DNA of 64,000 nucleotides from Eubacteriales bacterium (GTDB lineage: Bacteria; Bacillota; Clostridia; Oscillospirales; CAG-272). How positions within the stretch are numbered: the stretch's first letter is position 1; each line of letters opens with the position of its first letter. Of this stretch, positions 35,966 to 45,007 are shown in pieces. Below the pieces are notes generated by a model, which was given only the letters and a program-made list of their open reading frames with translations, was not told the origin of the DNA and searched no databases. Location: positions 15,070 through 79,069 of the forward strand of contig JBGVKV010000063.1 of the NCBI GenBank assembly GCA_045123975.1, in the 5' to 3' direction. A program made the translations under genes and the position numbers.

Positions 35966-37240
35966 ATGGCAGATTATATGCGTACCGCCCCGGCGGCGGA
36001 TCGCCTTCGCCCCACCACCTTCGACGATATGTCAGGGCAAAAGCACCTGGTGGGTGAGCGGGGAGTGCTGAGACGCCTGGCGTCCTCGGGACGGATTCCC
36101 AGTATGATATTTTTTGGCCCGCCCGGTACGGGCAAGACCACGGCGGCTTCCATCATCGCCGCATCGTCTGGGATGACCTTGCGCCATCTCAACGCCACCA
36201 CCGCATCTCTTGCCGACGTGCGTGCTGTAGCGGCGGAGACGGAAGGGCTGCTTGGTGCGGGAGGCATCCTTCTGTATCTGGACGAGATCCAGTATTTCAA
36301 CCGCAAGCAGCAGCAGTCTCTTTTGGAGTACGTGGAGGACGGACGGATCACCCTGATTGCCGCCACCACGGAAAATCCCTATTACTACGTATACGATGCG
36401 CTTCTGTCCCGCTGTTCCGTCTTCGAGTTCAAGCCGGTGACGGCGGCGGACATGCTGCCCCGGCTCCGCCGTGCGGCCGAGATGCTCTCGGAGGAATCCT
36501 CCCATCCTGTGATTTGCGAGGAGGAGGCTCTCTCCTATATTGCTTCCGTGTCCGGCGGCGACGTACGCCGCGGTGTGACCATGCTGGAGCAGGCTATCGC
36601 CTACGTGGCGGCGGGAGATGAGAGTGAGAATGTTCTCACCCGGGATGTTGCCAGACAGTTCGTGCCGTCCATCTCCGCCGGCAATTTCGACGGGGACAGC
36701 GACGTGCATTACGATCTGCTCTCCTGTTTGCAAAAGTCTATCCGGGGATCGGATCCCTCGGCGGCGGTGTTCTATCTGGCGCGCCTGCTGGAGGGCGGCG
36801 ATCTGATCTCTCCCTGCCGGCGGCTGATGGTCATCGCCAGCGAGGATATCGGCGCAGCCTATCCCATGGCGGCGGTGATCACCCGTGCCTGCGTGGAGAG
36901 CGCCAAGGAACTGGGTTTGCCGGAGGCACGGATCCCTTTGGCCAATGCGGCGGTGATGCTGGCCACGGCTCCCAAATCCAACACGGCCTACGAGGCGCTG
37001 GATCGGGCGGCGGCAGACATCCGCGCAGGGAAGGGGTTGGTGATTCCCACCCATCTGCGATCCCCCCAGTTTAAGGGATACGTGTACCCCCACGATTACA
37101 CCTACGATTACGTTCCCCAGCAGTATCTGCCCGATGACGTGGCGGGTGTGAAATATTATGAGTTTGGCGATAACAAAACCGAGGCGGCGGCCGCCGCCTA
37201 TTGGGAAAAGGCCAAACGCGAGGGCGGAAAAAAGAAGTAA
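35966..37240 (+). CDS. rarA: replication-associated recombination protein A (AAA+ ATPase)
   Basis: Walker A is FFGPPGTGKTT and Walker B is LYLDEIQYF. The C-terminal MgsA helical domain contains HYDLLSCLQKSIRGSDPSAAVFYLARLLEGGD. Confidence 0.9.
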   Translation: MADYMRTAPAADRLRPTTFDDMSGQKHLVGERGVLRRLASSGRIPSMIFFGPPGTGKTTAASIIAASSGMTLRHLNATTASLADVRAVAAETEGLLGAGGILLYLDEIQYFNRKQQQSLLEYVEDGRITLIAATTENPYYYVYDALLSRCSVFEFKPVTAADMLPRLRRAAEMLSEESSHPVICEEEALSYIASVSGGDVRRGVTMLEQAIAYVAAGDESENVLTRDVARQFVPSISAGNFDGDSDVHYDLLSCLQKSIRGSDPSAAVFYLARLLEGGDLISPCRRLMVIASEDIGAAYPMAAVITRACVESAKELGLPEARIPLANAAVMLATAPKSNTAYEALDRAAADIRAGKGLVIPTHLRSPQFKGYVYPHDYTYDYVPQQYLPDDVAGVKYYEFGDNKTEAAAAAYWEKAKREGGKKK

Positions 37241-37289
37241 TTTCTCCCCGTAGGAAGAGTTTTGTGTGTCTGACGGAGGTTGTGAGACT

Positions 37290-38057
37290 ATGGAAAGAAT
37301 CAAAAGCTTGAGTATCTATCAAAAAGGACTCCTTCTGTTTATGGCCGGCATAACACTGGTATTTACCGTGCTTTATCCGGTGACAATCGCAAGAGTTGGT
37401 TACAGATACAATGATGCCATTCTCGTTCCTTCACAAGAAAACGGAAATACACTGTATTCCGGAAAAATCAAAGGACAAAAGGCTTGTTTCAACGTATCGG
37501 ATGACACGGTTGTGTTTCGATACGGGGATAAAACCTATGGACCGTACACCGTGAAGGAGGATCCTTCTGCCGTTCCCGAAGATCACGTAATGAAAGGAAG
37601 TATGACCGGAATCGAAGTGCGGGAAGGGGAGAGTATTCTGTTCCGCGGCGGTGTCATGGATGCGGGGGATTTTTATCGGTTTTGGAGTGAAGACGGAACA
37701 GGGGATAATGTTCACGGAATCTTTTATGTAACCAGCGACGGAATCGCAAGGGACGGAAACGGCAATCCGGTGGATAGAATGAAGCCGTCAGTCTCTACTA
37801 TCTATGATTTGCTCCATGATCCCGAATTGACGCACAAAGGGAACGGGCTTGCCTGGTTAGGCGCTGTGTTTTTCTGTGTTCTTAACGCACTGTCCATTCT
37901 GTTTGCAGATGAGTTCTTCCGTTGGCATCTGATGTTTCGGATTCGTAATGTATGGGATGCAGAGCCGACGGATTGGGCAATTGCAGGCAGATATATCGGC
38001 TGGACTACTGTGACGGCAGCGATCACGGTTCTGTTTGCTGTGGGACTGTTATGCTGA
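37290..38057 (+). CDS. membrane protein, function unknown
   Basis: 255 aa. An N-terminal TM helix is followed by a soluble beta-rich middle and two C-terminal TM helices. The gene is visibly AT-richer than rarA. Confidence 0.55.
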   Translation: MERIKSLSIYQKGLLLFMAGITLVFTVLYPVTIARVGYRYNDAILVPSQENGNTLYSGKIKGQKACFNVSDDTVVFRYGDKTYGPYTVKEDPSAVPEDHVMKGSMTGIEVREGESILFRGGVMDAGDFYRFWSEDGTGDNVHGIFYVTSDGIARDGNGNPVDRMKPSVSTIYDLLHDPELTHKGNGLAWLGAVFFCVLNALSILFADEFFRWHLMFRIRNVWDAEPTDWAIAGRYIGWTTVTAAITVLFAVGLLC

Positions 38058-38089
38058 CAGAATAAGGATTTTATAAAGGAGGTTGCCTT

Positions 38090-38500
38090 GTGAAAAGGAG
38101 ATTGCTTTATTTGATACTACCGATCGTGACGCTTGTTTTGGAAATCCTGCCCTACGGAGCCGTATGCAATTTTGCCAATCCGGAGGGTGCCCCCTGGAGA
38201 AAGACCTTTTCTTATTTTGATTTGACTCCCTTCGGATATGCCAATTTCGCTCCGCTGATTACCGCTGTCATCACTTGTATCGTTTTTCTTTTGGCCGTTG
38301 TCTTTTGCATAACGGGCAATCCTACGTGGGCGCTTAGGGCGAGAAACATTCTTTACGTCGGTGCCGCCTTCTCTCTTTGTCCGCTGCTTCTCGGTGTCCA
38401 TTACTTTTCTGCCGTTGGCGCACTGATTACGGCATCTTTGATTGCCGAATTGCTTGTGATTCACCTCAGCATAAAACCGAATAAAAAAGCCATCGGATGA
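38090..38500 (+). CDS. small integral membrane protein (4 TM), function unknown
   Basis: 136 aa with a GTG start. It is hydrophobic throughout. Its 3' end is embedded in a terminator hairpin. Confidence 0.5.
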   Translation: MKRRLLYLILPIVTLVLEILPYGAVCNFANPEGAPWRKTFSYFDLTPFGYANFAPLITAVITCIVFLLAVVFCITGNPTWALRARNILYVGAAFSLCPLLLGVHYFSAVGALITASLIAELLVIHLSIKPNKKAIG

Positions 38501-38514
38501 TCCGATGGCTTTTT
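38488..38514. terminator. bidirectional rho-independent terminator
   Basis: aaaa-agccatcgga-tga-tccgatggct-tttt. The loop tga is the stop codon of the upstream gene. Confidence 0.8.
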
Positions 38515-38533
38515 GAGTTGGATAAATAATATA

Positions 38534-39067
38534 TTAGTAATTCTCTTTACGTACTTCGAAGAAGCTCTGGGGATGTACGCATACGGGGCATACGCCGGGA
38601 GCCTTCTTGCCGATTACCAGATGTCCGCAGTTGCGGCATTCCCACATGGTCTCCTCAGCCTTCTCGAATACCTTCTGCATCTCTACGTTGTTCAGAAGGG
38701 CGCGGTATCTTTCCTCGTGAGACTTCTCGATAGCGGCAACCATACGGAAACGGGCAGCGATAGCCTTGAAGCCCTCTTCCTCTGCTTCCTTAGCGAAGGT
38801 GTCGTACATATCGGTCCACTCGTAGTTCTCGCCCTCAGCGGCAGCCTTCAGGTTGGCAGCGGTGTCGCCCAGCTCGCCCAGTTCCTTGAACCACAGCTTT
38901 GCGTGCTCTTTTTCGTTGTTAGCGGTGGATTCGAAGATAGCGGCGATCTGCTCAAAGCCTTCTTTTCTTGCTACGGATGCGAAGTAGGTGTACTTATTTC
39001 TTGCCTGAGATTCGCCTGCAAAAGCGGTCTGAAGATTTTTTTCGGTCTTGCTTCCCTTGAGTTCCAT
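38534..39067 (-). CDS. rbr: rubrerythrin
   Basis: An N-terminal diiron four-helix bundle ([21 protein letters not shown]) is followed by a C-terminal rubredoxin-like CRNCGH...CPVC. Confidence 0.92.
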   Translation of the reverse strand: MELKGSKTEKNLQTAFAGESQARNKYTYFASVARKEGFEQIAAIFESTANNEKEHAKLWFKELGELGDTAANLKAAAEGENYEWTDMYDTFAKEAEEEGFKAIAARFRMVAAIEKSHEERYRALLNNVEMQKVFEKAEETMWECRNCGHLVIGKKAPGVCPVCVHPQSFFEVRKENY

Positions 39068-39098
39068 GTGTGTTTCTCCTTTAAGTAAAGTAATTATT

Positions 39099-39473
39099 TT
39101 ATTTATTTGCTGCCGCTTGACGGCATTTTGAACATTGATAGTGAAGAGTCAGATCATACGATGTAATGTCCTTGTCTGCGTGATCCTGAAGGAAGGTATC
39201 GATTCCCTCGATGCGGATGTCCCGGATCTTACCGCAAGTGGAGCATACCATATGATCGTGGGGAACGAACATCTTGTCGTACCGATCGGGCTGATCCGCA
39301 AAGGTAAGACGGACGATGTGTCCCGACTCGCTGAGATATTTCAGACTGTTGTACACGGTAGCGAGTGCAATGGTGGGCATCTGCTCACGGGCGGCCAGGT
39401 ATATTTCCTCGGCGCTCAGATGGGCTTCGCTTCCGCGGACAATGGATAAAATCAGTTCGCGCTGCTTTGTCAT
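39099..39473 (-). CDS. Fur-family transcriptional repressor, PerR-like
   Basis: 124 aa from the ATG at 39473. The DNA-binding helix is [10 protein letters not shown], the metal site is [11 protein letters not shown], and there is a C-terminal CSKC. It is probably co-transcribed with rubrerythrin 31 nt downstream. Confidence 0.8.
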   Translation of the reverse strand: MTKQRELILSIVRGSEAHLSAEEIYLAAREQMPTIALATVYNSLKYLSESGHIVRLTFADQPDRYDKMFVPHDHMVCSTCGKIRDIRIEGIDTFLQDHADKDITSYDLTLHYQCSKCRQAAANK

Positions 39474-39485
39474 CACGCACTCCTT

Positions 39486-39500
39486 TTGGAATGATTCTAA
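39486..39500 (-). promoter_or_regulatory. Fur/PerR-type 7-1-7 operator (box 2, over the transcription start region)
   Basis: The minus strand reads TTAGAATCATTCCAA, with one mismatch from perfect dyad symmetry. It lies 4 nt downstream of the -10 hexamer. Confidence 0.55.
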
Positions 39501-39504
39501 ATAT

Positions 39505-39533
39505 ATTATACACAGCACCATGGCGCTTGTCAA
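39505..39533 (-). promoter_or_regulatory. sigma-A promoter of the perR-like/rbr operon (TTGACA-17-TATAAT, TGTG extended -10)
   Basis: The minus strand reads ttgaca-agcgccatggtgctgtg-tataat. Confidence 0.7.
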
Positions 39534-39539
39534 TAGTTT

Positions 39540-39554
39540 TTAGAATAATTCTAA
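39540..39554 (-). promoter_or_regulatory. Fur/PerR-type 7-1-7 operator (box 1, just upstream of -35)
   Basis: TTAGAAT-A-ATTCTAA is a perfect 7-1-7 inverted repeat, located 6 nt upstream of the -35 hexamer. Confidence 0.6.
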
Positions 39555-39718
39555 AAAATTTTTTAAGAAGCTATCCGGAGGGAGTTTCATAATCCGGGCA
39601 CTGTCCCGCAATTTTTCCGCCGGGATTCTTGCAATGCGATAGCGGATGTGATATAATCTTCATATATTGTGCCCTTGGGCAGGATTTGATGCGGATTCTC
39701 CGCAGGGAAGAGGTTAGT

Positions 39719-41344
39719 ATGGCTGAAATGATCGACGTGTCGGATATCAGTCTGTTGTATCCGGACGGGGAAAGTATGCGCCGTGCCGGTCTGGGAGAGG
39801 GCGGTGGGCGCCTCAGCGACGTGACGGCGGAGCAGCTGGAACTGTATTATCTGATCGATTTGAAGAGCAGCGATATTGGTAGCTTTTTCACCTGCGACGT
39901 GGAAACGATCCGCTACCGACAAAAAACCTTTGCCGACATGGCAGAGAATCCGGAGCTTTCAAGAGTCCTCTTGAAAATGCTGCCTTTGCTTAATGATATC
40001 ACCGAATTGCGCCGTATGGGCGAAGGGAACGGAGATTCCACCGAGTCCTATCTGTACAGCATCACGGAAGTGGAATTGTACACTTCCTTGATGGAGCATC
40101 TGAAAAACGGTCTTTTGCCCATTGCGGATACATTCAAAAGTCCTGCGTTCCGCCGCTTTGCGGATCGGATCCGCCATCTGACGGAGAGTGAGTATTACAG
40201 AGAGCTGAACGAAAAGCTGAATGAGCTGACCAAGCGTGTGCGGGAGATCAAGAGCATCACCGTGGGCGTAAATCTGGATTCCCAGCTTCGCCCCGAGCAC
40301 GCCGGCGTGCTTTCCATCAATAATGAATATTTCAAGTCCGGCGAGATTTTGGATAAGATTCTCCGCCTGGATTTCAAAAACGATGAGATGACCTGTATTG
40401 CGTCTCTGGTGCCCTTCCGTCGGAATCAGAGCGAGAATCAGCAGATGGCATTGTCCTTTGCATTCAATTCCGCCATCAACGAGGTGTTCAAGACCTCCAT
40501 CCGCTCCTGGCGGAAGGTGGTGCAGATGTACGTGCTGGAAAACACGGATTTCCTCATTCGTATGATGCCGGAGATCGAGTTCGTCGTGAAGGCGGCGGAA
40601 TTGATGGCGCGCCTCAAGGCGCAGGGATGCACTCTCTGCTGTCCTGAGATCCGTCCCATGGAGGAAAAGCAATTTACCGCCCGCAGCCTGCAGAATCCTG
40701 TTGTGGCCTTGAAGATCGGCGGGGAAACGGTTCCCAACGACTTCTCCTTTGATGAGGACGGCATGATCTTCGTAATCACCGGCCCTAACCGAGGCGGCAA
40801 GTCTGTGACCACCTGTGCCGTGGGTCTGGCATTCGTGATGGCCCAGCTGGGCCTGTACGTCTGCGCCGAGAGCGCAGTCATCAGCCCCTGCGACTGCATC
40901 TATACCCATTTCCCCACGGGATCCGAGGATACCATCGACAAGGGACGTCTTGGCGAGGAGTGCGCCCGTCTGAACAGCATCTTTGAAACCCTGACGGAAT
41001 ACGGTCTGGTACTGCTGGACGAATCCCTTTCCTCCACCGGCTCCTACGAGGCATCCTACATTGCCGGCGAGGTGCTCCAGGGCTTCTCCATGGCCCGCTG
41101 CCGCTGTATATTCTCCACCCATCTTCACGATCTGGCCGCATCCGTGGATCGGATCAACGGTGAGTGTGTACCCCGCGGCGGCGTGAAGATCGACAATATG
41201 GTGGCCGCCATCAACGAGGGCGAGCGATCCTTCAAGGTCCGGCGAGCCCGCCCCGACGGAAAGAGCTACGCCCGGGACATCGCCGAGAAGTACGGCTTGT
41301 CCTTCGACAAGATCCTGTCCCGTATTGAAGAAAACCGGAAATAA
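39719..41344 (+). CDS. MutS-related ATPase (MutS domain III/V only; no mismatch-binding or Smr domain)
   Basis: 541 aa. Walker A is ITGPNRGGKSV, Walker B is LVLLDESLSSTG, and the STH motif is FSTHLHDL. The start is at the ATG at 39719, downstream of a TTGCAA-16-TATAAT promoter (39629-39656). Confidence 0.8.
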   Translation: MAEMIDVSDISLLYPDGESMRRAGLGEGGGRLSDVTAEQLELYYLIDLKSSDIGSFFTCDVETIRYRQKTFADMAENPELSRVLLKMLPLLNDITELRRMGEGNGDSTESYLYSITEVELYTSLMEHLKNGLLPIADTFKSPAFRRFADRIRHLTESEYYRELNEKLNELTKRVREIKSITVGVNLDSQLRPEHAGVLSINNEYFKSGEILDKILRLDFKNDEMTCIASLVPFRRNQSENQQMALSFAFNSAINEVFKTSIRSWRKVVQMYVLENTDFLIRMMPEIEFVVKAAELMARLKAQGCTLCCPEIRPMEEKQFTARSLQNPVVALKIGGETVPNDFSFDEDGMIFVITGPNRGGKSVTTCAVGLAFVMAQLGLYVCAESAVISPCDCIYTHFPTGSEDTIDKGRLGEECARLNSIFETLTEYGLVLLDESLSSTGSYEASYIAGEVLQGFSMARCRCIFSTHLHDLAASVDRINGECVPRGGVKIDNMVAAINEGERSFKVRRARPDGKSYARDIAEKYGLSFDKILSRIEENRK

Positions 41345-41374
41345 GACAACTCTATATATAAGAGGTAAGAAACG

Positions 41375-41851
41375 ATGAATGAAGTATTGAAACTGTTGGA
41401 AGATAACGCCCGCCTCAGCGCGGAGCAGCTCTCCATGATGCTGGACAAGGAATCCGGCGATATCCGCGCTATGATCGATAAGTACGAGCAGGAACGCGTA
41501 ATCCTGGGCTACAAGGCCATCATCGACTGGGATAAGACGGACCGTGAGTCCGTGAGCGCCCTGATCGAGGTGAAGATCACTCCCCAAAGAGATCGCGGCT
41601 TCGACCGTGTGGCGGAGAAGATCTACAACTATCCCGAGGTGGAGAGCTTGTATCTGATGTCCGGCGGCTTTGATCTGGCCGTGATGATCGAGGGTAAGAC
41701 CATGAAAGAGGTAGCCTACTTCGTGGCAATGAAGCTGGCGCCCATCGAGGACGTCATCTCCACCGCCACCCACTTCGTTTTGCGGAAATACAAGGACAAG
41801 GGCGTTGTGTACGGCGCCGCTCCCGTGGATGAGAGAGGACAGGTTCTCTGA
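41375..41851 (+). CDS. Lrp/AsnC-family transcriptional regulator
   Basis: An N-terminal HTH (LKLLEDNARLSAEQLSMML) is followed by a C-terminal RAM/AsnC_trans_reg domain. Its stop overlaps the aminotransferase start. The pairing resembles Bacillus alaR-alaT. Confidence 0.8.
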   Translation: MNEVLKLLEDNARLSAEQLSMMLDKESGDIRAMIDKYEQERVILGYKAIIDWDKTDRESVSALIEVKITPQRDRGFDRVAEKIYNYPEVESLYLMSGGFDLAVMIEGKTMKEVAYFVAMKLAPIEDVISTATHFVLRKYKDKGVVYGAAPVDERGQVL

Positions 41852-43023
41852 TGATCGACTACGCATCTCTCATTCCCTCCCACGTACAGGATATCAAACC
41901 CTCGGGTATCCGTAAGTTTTTTGATCTGGTCTCCAGCAATCCCCAGGCAATCTCCCTGACCGTAGGTGAGCCGGACTTTGTTACTCCCTGGCACATTCGT
42001 ATGGCAGGCATCGACAGCCTGGAAAAGGGTAAGACCTACTATACCGCCAACGCCGGCCTGGCGGAGCTCCGTCAGGAGATCGCCGCCTATCTGGATCGCC
42101 GCTTCGGCGTGAAGTACGATCCCGTGAAGGAGATCATCGTTACCGTCGGCGGAAGTGAAGCGATTGACGTCACCTTCCGCTCCCTCCTTGCGCCGGGAGA
42201 TGAAGTGATCATTCCTCAGCCCGCCTTCGTTTGCTACGAGCCTTTGGCCCGTATGGCAGGCGGCGTGCCCGTGATCATCGAAACCAAAGAGGAAAACAAT
42301 TTTAAGCTCACCGCCGAGGAATTGCGTGCGGCCCTGACTCCCAAGACCAAATTGCTGGTTCTGCCGTATCCCAACAATCCCACCGGTGCCATTATGACAA
42401 AAGAGGATCTTGTTGCCCTGGAGGAGGTGCTCCGCGGCACGAACGTCCTTATTCTGTCCGACGAGATCTATGCCGAGCTGACCTACGGTCGGGAGCATTG
42501 CTCCTGCGCCGCTGTGCCCGGTCTTGCCGAGCGCACTGTTCTGGCCAGCGGATTCTCCAAGGCGTATGCTATGACCGGCTGGCGTATGGGCTATCTGTGC
42601 GCACCGGCCCCTTTGGCCGCCCAGATGCTGAAGCTTCACCAGTTCGGCATTATGAGCGCACCTACCACCGCCCAGTTCGCCGCTATTGAAGCCATGCGAA
42701 ACGGGGATGAGGACGTGCAGATGATGCGCGCGGAATACAACCGCCGCCGTCGGTACCTTACGTCCGGCTTGCGTGCTTTGGGTATGCCTTGCTTTGAGCC
42801 GGAGGGCGCATTCTATGCGTTCCCCAATATTTCCGGCTTCGGTCTCACCAGTGAGCAGTTCTGCGAGAGGCTTCTCAAAGAGTTCGACGTGGCCATCGTG
42901 CCCGGCGGTGCCTTCGGCGCATGCGGTGAGGGATTTGCCCGCATCTCCTACGCCTATTCCGTGGAGCATATTTCCAAGGCATTGGACAGAATGGAAGCAT
43001 TTGTAAAAACTTTGCGCAAATAA
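41851..43023 (+). CDS. pyridoxal-phosphate-dependent aminotransferase, class I/II (AlaT/AspC-like)
   Basis: The PLP-lysine motif is SGFSKAYAMTGWRMGY. The sequence PNNPTG is also present. Length is 390 aa. Confidence 0.88.
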   Translation: MIDYASLIPSHVQDIKPSGIRKFFDLVSSNPQAISLTVGEPDFVTPWHIRMAGIDSLEKGKTYYTANAGLAELRQEIAAYLDRRFGVKYDPVKEIIVTVGGSEAIDVTFRSLLAPGDEVIIPQPAFVCYEPLARMAGGVPVIIETKEENNFKLTAEELRAALTPKTKLLVLPYPNNPTGAIMTKEDLVALEEVLRGTNVLILSDEIYAELTYGREHCSCAAVPGLAERTVLASGFSKAYAMTGWRMGYLCAPAPLAAQMLKLHQFGIMSAPTTAQFAAIEAMRNGDEDVQMMRAEYNRRRRYLTSGLRALGMPCFEPEGAFYAFPNISGFGLTSEQFCERLLKEFDVAIVPGGAFGACGEGFARISYAYSVEHISKALDRMEAFVKTLRK

Positions 43024-43047
43024 TTGCGAACAAAAATGAAAAAAGGC

Positions 43048-43076
43048 TTGCATTCCGCATTTTAATGTGGTATAAT
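43048..43076 (+). promoter_or_regulatory. sigma-A promoter (TTGCAT-17-TATAAT, TGTGg extended -10) for rpmB
   Basis: ttgcat at 43048-43053 and tataat at 43071-43076. Confidence 0.65.
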
Positions 43077-43124
43077 AGGCAATGCTGATTGAATAATGAT
43101 CCTTAAAGACGGAGGTAATGATAA

Positions 43125-43310
43125 ATGGCTAAGTGCAGCATTTGCGGAAAAGGCGTTGTTTTCGGCGCTCAGGTTTCCCATTCTCATCGCTCTACCAACA
43201 GAATGTGGAAGCCCAACATCAGAAAAGTCAAGGTAAATGACAACGGCACGCACAAGACGGTTGCTGTATGCACCCGCTGCCTGCGTTCCGGTAAGGTTAA
43301 CCGCGCTTAA
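43125..43310 (+). CDS. rpmB: 50S ribosomal protein L28
   Basis: MAKCSICGKGVVFGAQVSHSHRSTNRMWKPNIRKVKV..., 61 aa. Confidence 0.92.
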   Translation: MAKCSICGKGVVFGAQVSHSHRSTNRMWKPNIRKVKVNDNGTHKTVAVCTRCLRSGKVNRA

Positions 43311-43348
43311 TCTGATTTTAGCCTGTGTTTTTCACAGCGGCAGAGATA

Positions 43349-43373
43349 ATCCCACCCATCGGTGGGATTTTTT
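43349..43373 (+). terminator. rho-independent terminator
   Basis: atcccacc-catc-ggtgggat-ttttt. Confidence 0.8.
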
Positions 43374-43403
43374 GCTTTATATCCGGAAAGGGGGAGAGGC
43401 ATC

Positions 43404-44132
43404 TTGAAAAACTACGTTGCCGTCATCGGGCAGGGCGGTGCAGCCTATCGGAATGCGTTGGCCGCTTTGTGCGCAGACGTTCTTTTGCTGCCCCCTGCTG
43501 AGGGGATGGATCCCCGCGTGGCTTCCCATCCCGATATGCTGATGACGGTGTGGGGACAGGACGTGGTGATGCCCGCATCCTATGCGGCCCGGGCCGACGT
43601 GCGGCCGATTCTGGACACGCTTTGCCGCCGGTGCGGCGTTCGGGTGATTACCACCGAAATATCCCCCGGGAGTGTGTATCCTCACGACGTGGTGTGCAAC
43701 AGCCTTCTGTTCGGGGGGGATTTGTACGGGAAGTTGACTGCCCTTGCCCCGGAGATACGGCAGCTGGCCGTCCGCGACGGACGGAAGGCAGTGGACGTGG
43801 CGCAGGGATATGCGGGCTGTTCCGCTCTCGCGTGCGGAGATGTTTTGCTCACCGCCGATCCGTCTATAAGAGATGCGGTGTGTGCCTGCGGCGGGGACGT
43901 GCTGTTTCTCTCCCCGGGCGGTATCCGTTTACCCGGGTACGATACGGGATTCATCGGCGGTGCCGGCGGATACGCGGAGGGGCACGCCGTTTTCTTCGGG
44001 GACGTGCGCCGTCATCCCGATGGGGATCGGATCGCACAGACGCTTGCGGCGCGGGGCATCGTTTGTCACTGCCTTGGAGAGAGGGAGTTAAAGGACTTCG
44101 GCGGAATAAAATTCTTTTCTTTGCCGGGCTGA
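43404..44132 (+). CDS. conserved hypothetical protein
   Basis: About 242 aa from the TTG at 43404 (RBS gggggagagg 4 nt upstream). The ORF-track start at 43362 lies inside the rpmB terminator hairpin. I can assign no motif confidently. Confidence 0.5.
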   Translation: MKNYVAVIGQGGAAYRNALAALCADVLLLPPAEGMDPRVASHPDMLMTVWGQDVVMPASYAARADVRPILDTLCRRCGVRVITTEISPGSVYPHDVVCNSLLFGGDLYGKLTALAPEIRQLAVRDGRKAVDVAQGYAGCSALACGDVLLTADPSIRDAVCACGGDVLFLSPGGIRLPGYDTGFIGGAGGYAEGHAVFFGDVRRHPDGDRIAQTLAARGIVCHCLGERELKDFGGIKFFSLPG

Positions 44133-44192
44133 CTTGCGCTTGAGTGAAAAATGTGGTATAATGCGGATAGATTCGCAGAGAGAGGTCATTTT

Positions 44193-45005
44193 ATGAAGCA
44201 TGAAGTAATCTACCTTCGCCCGGGTGAGAGCGACGGTACTTTGACTACGTATATCTCCGAGGGGGAGACGGTGGATAAAATGCCGCCCCGTCCCGCGATC
44301 GTGATCTGTCCCGGCGGTGGATACCGCTTCACCTCAGACAGAGAGGCTGAGCCCGTTGCTATGAGATTTCTTGCGGCAGGCTTCCAGGCGTTTATTCTCC
44401 GTTATTCCGTTAAGGAGAAGGCACTCTTCCCCCGTCCTTTGGTGGAAGCATCCCGTGCCATCGTTCACGTTCGCGAAAATGCCGAGGCGTATCACGTGGA
44501 TCCGAGTCGCGTATTCATCATCGGATTTTCCGCCGGCGGTCATCTGGCGGGATCCCTTGGTACGATGTGGCACGAGGAGTTTGCGAAAGCATCCCCCGAT
44601 ATGGCACCGGGTGCCAACCGCCCTACGGGTATGATCCTTTCCTATCCCGTGATCAGCGCCGGAGAGTTTGCTCACAGGGGCTCCTTTGCGGAGATATTGG
44701 GTGAGAATGTGGATAACGAGGAAGCACGTCGTGCCTATTCACTGGAATTGCACGTGGACGAGAATACGGTTCCCACCTACATCTGGCATACATGCACCGA
44801 CGGCACTGTTCCCGTGGAAAACACGCTGTTGTTTATGTCCGCCCTGGCGAAAAGCAAGGTTCGTTTTGAGGCACATATTTTCCCCGAGGGACGGCACGGA
44901 TCGTCTTTGGCAAATGATCAGACGTGTTCCGGTATTCCGGAGTTGATCATTCCTGAGGCAATGCAGTGGATCGATGAGGCCATTGACTGGACAAAGAGAG
45001 TCTGA
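44193..45005 (+). CDS. alpha/beta hydrolase (esterase/lipase family)
   Basis: The oxyanion region is ICPGGGY and the nucleophile elbow is GFSAGGHLAG. A late His is present (GRHGSS). A tgtggtataat -10 lies upstream. Confidence 0.8.
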   Translation: MKHEVIYLRPGESDGTLTTYISEGETVDKMPPRPAIVICPGGGYRFTSDREAEPVAMRFLAAGFQAFILRYSVKEKALFPRPLVEASRAIVHVRENAEAYHVDPSRVFIIGFSAGGHLAGSLGTMWHEEFAKASPDMAPGANRPTGMILSYPVISAGEFAHRGSFAEILGENVDNEEARRAYSLELHVDENTVPTYIWHTCTDGTVPVENTLLFMSALAKSKVRFEAHIFPEGRHGSSLANDQTCSGIPELIIPEAMQWIDEAIDWTKRV

Positions 45006-45007
45006 TG

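Noticed and set aside
27845-43053. Further shadow ORFs: 27845-29212(+), 36032-37303(-), 39959-41866(-) and 41716-43053(-)
   Set aside because: They lie opposite the GrpB/PPase/NUDIX fusion, rarA, the MutS-related gene with the AsnC regulator, and the aminotransferase. They have no RBS and no recognisable motifs.
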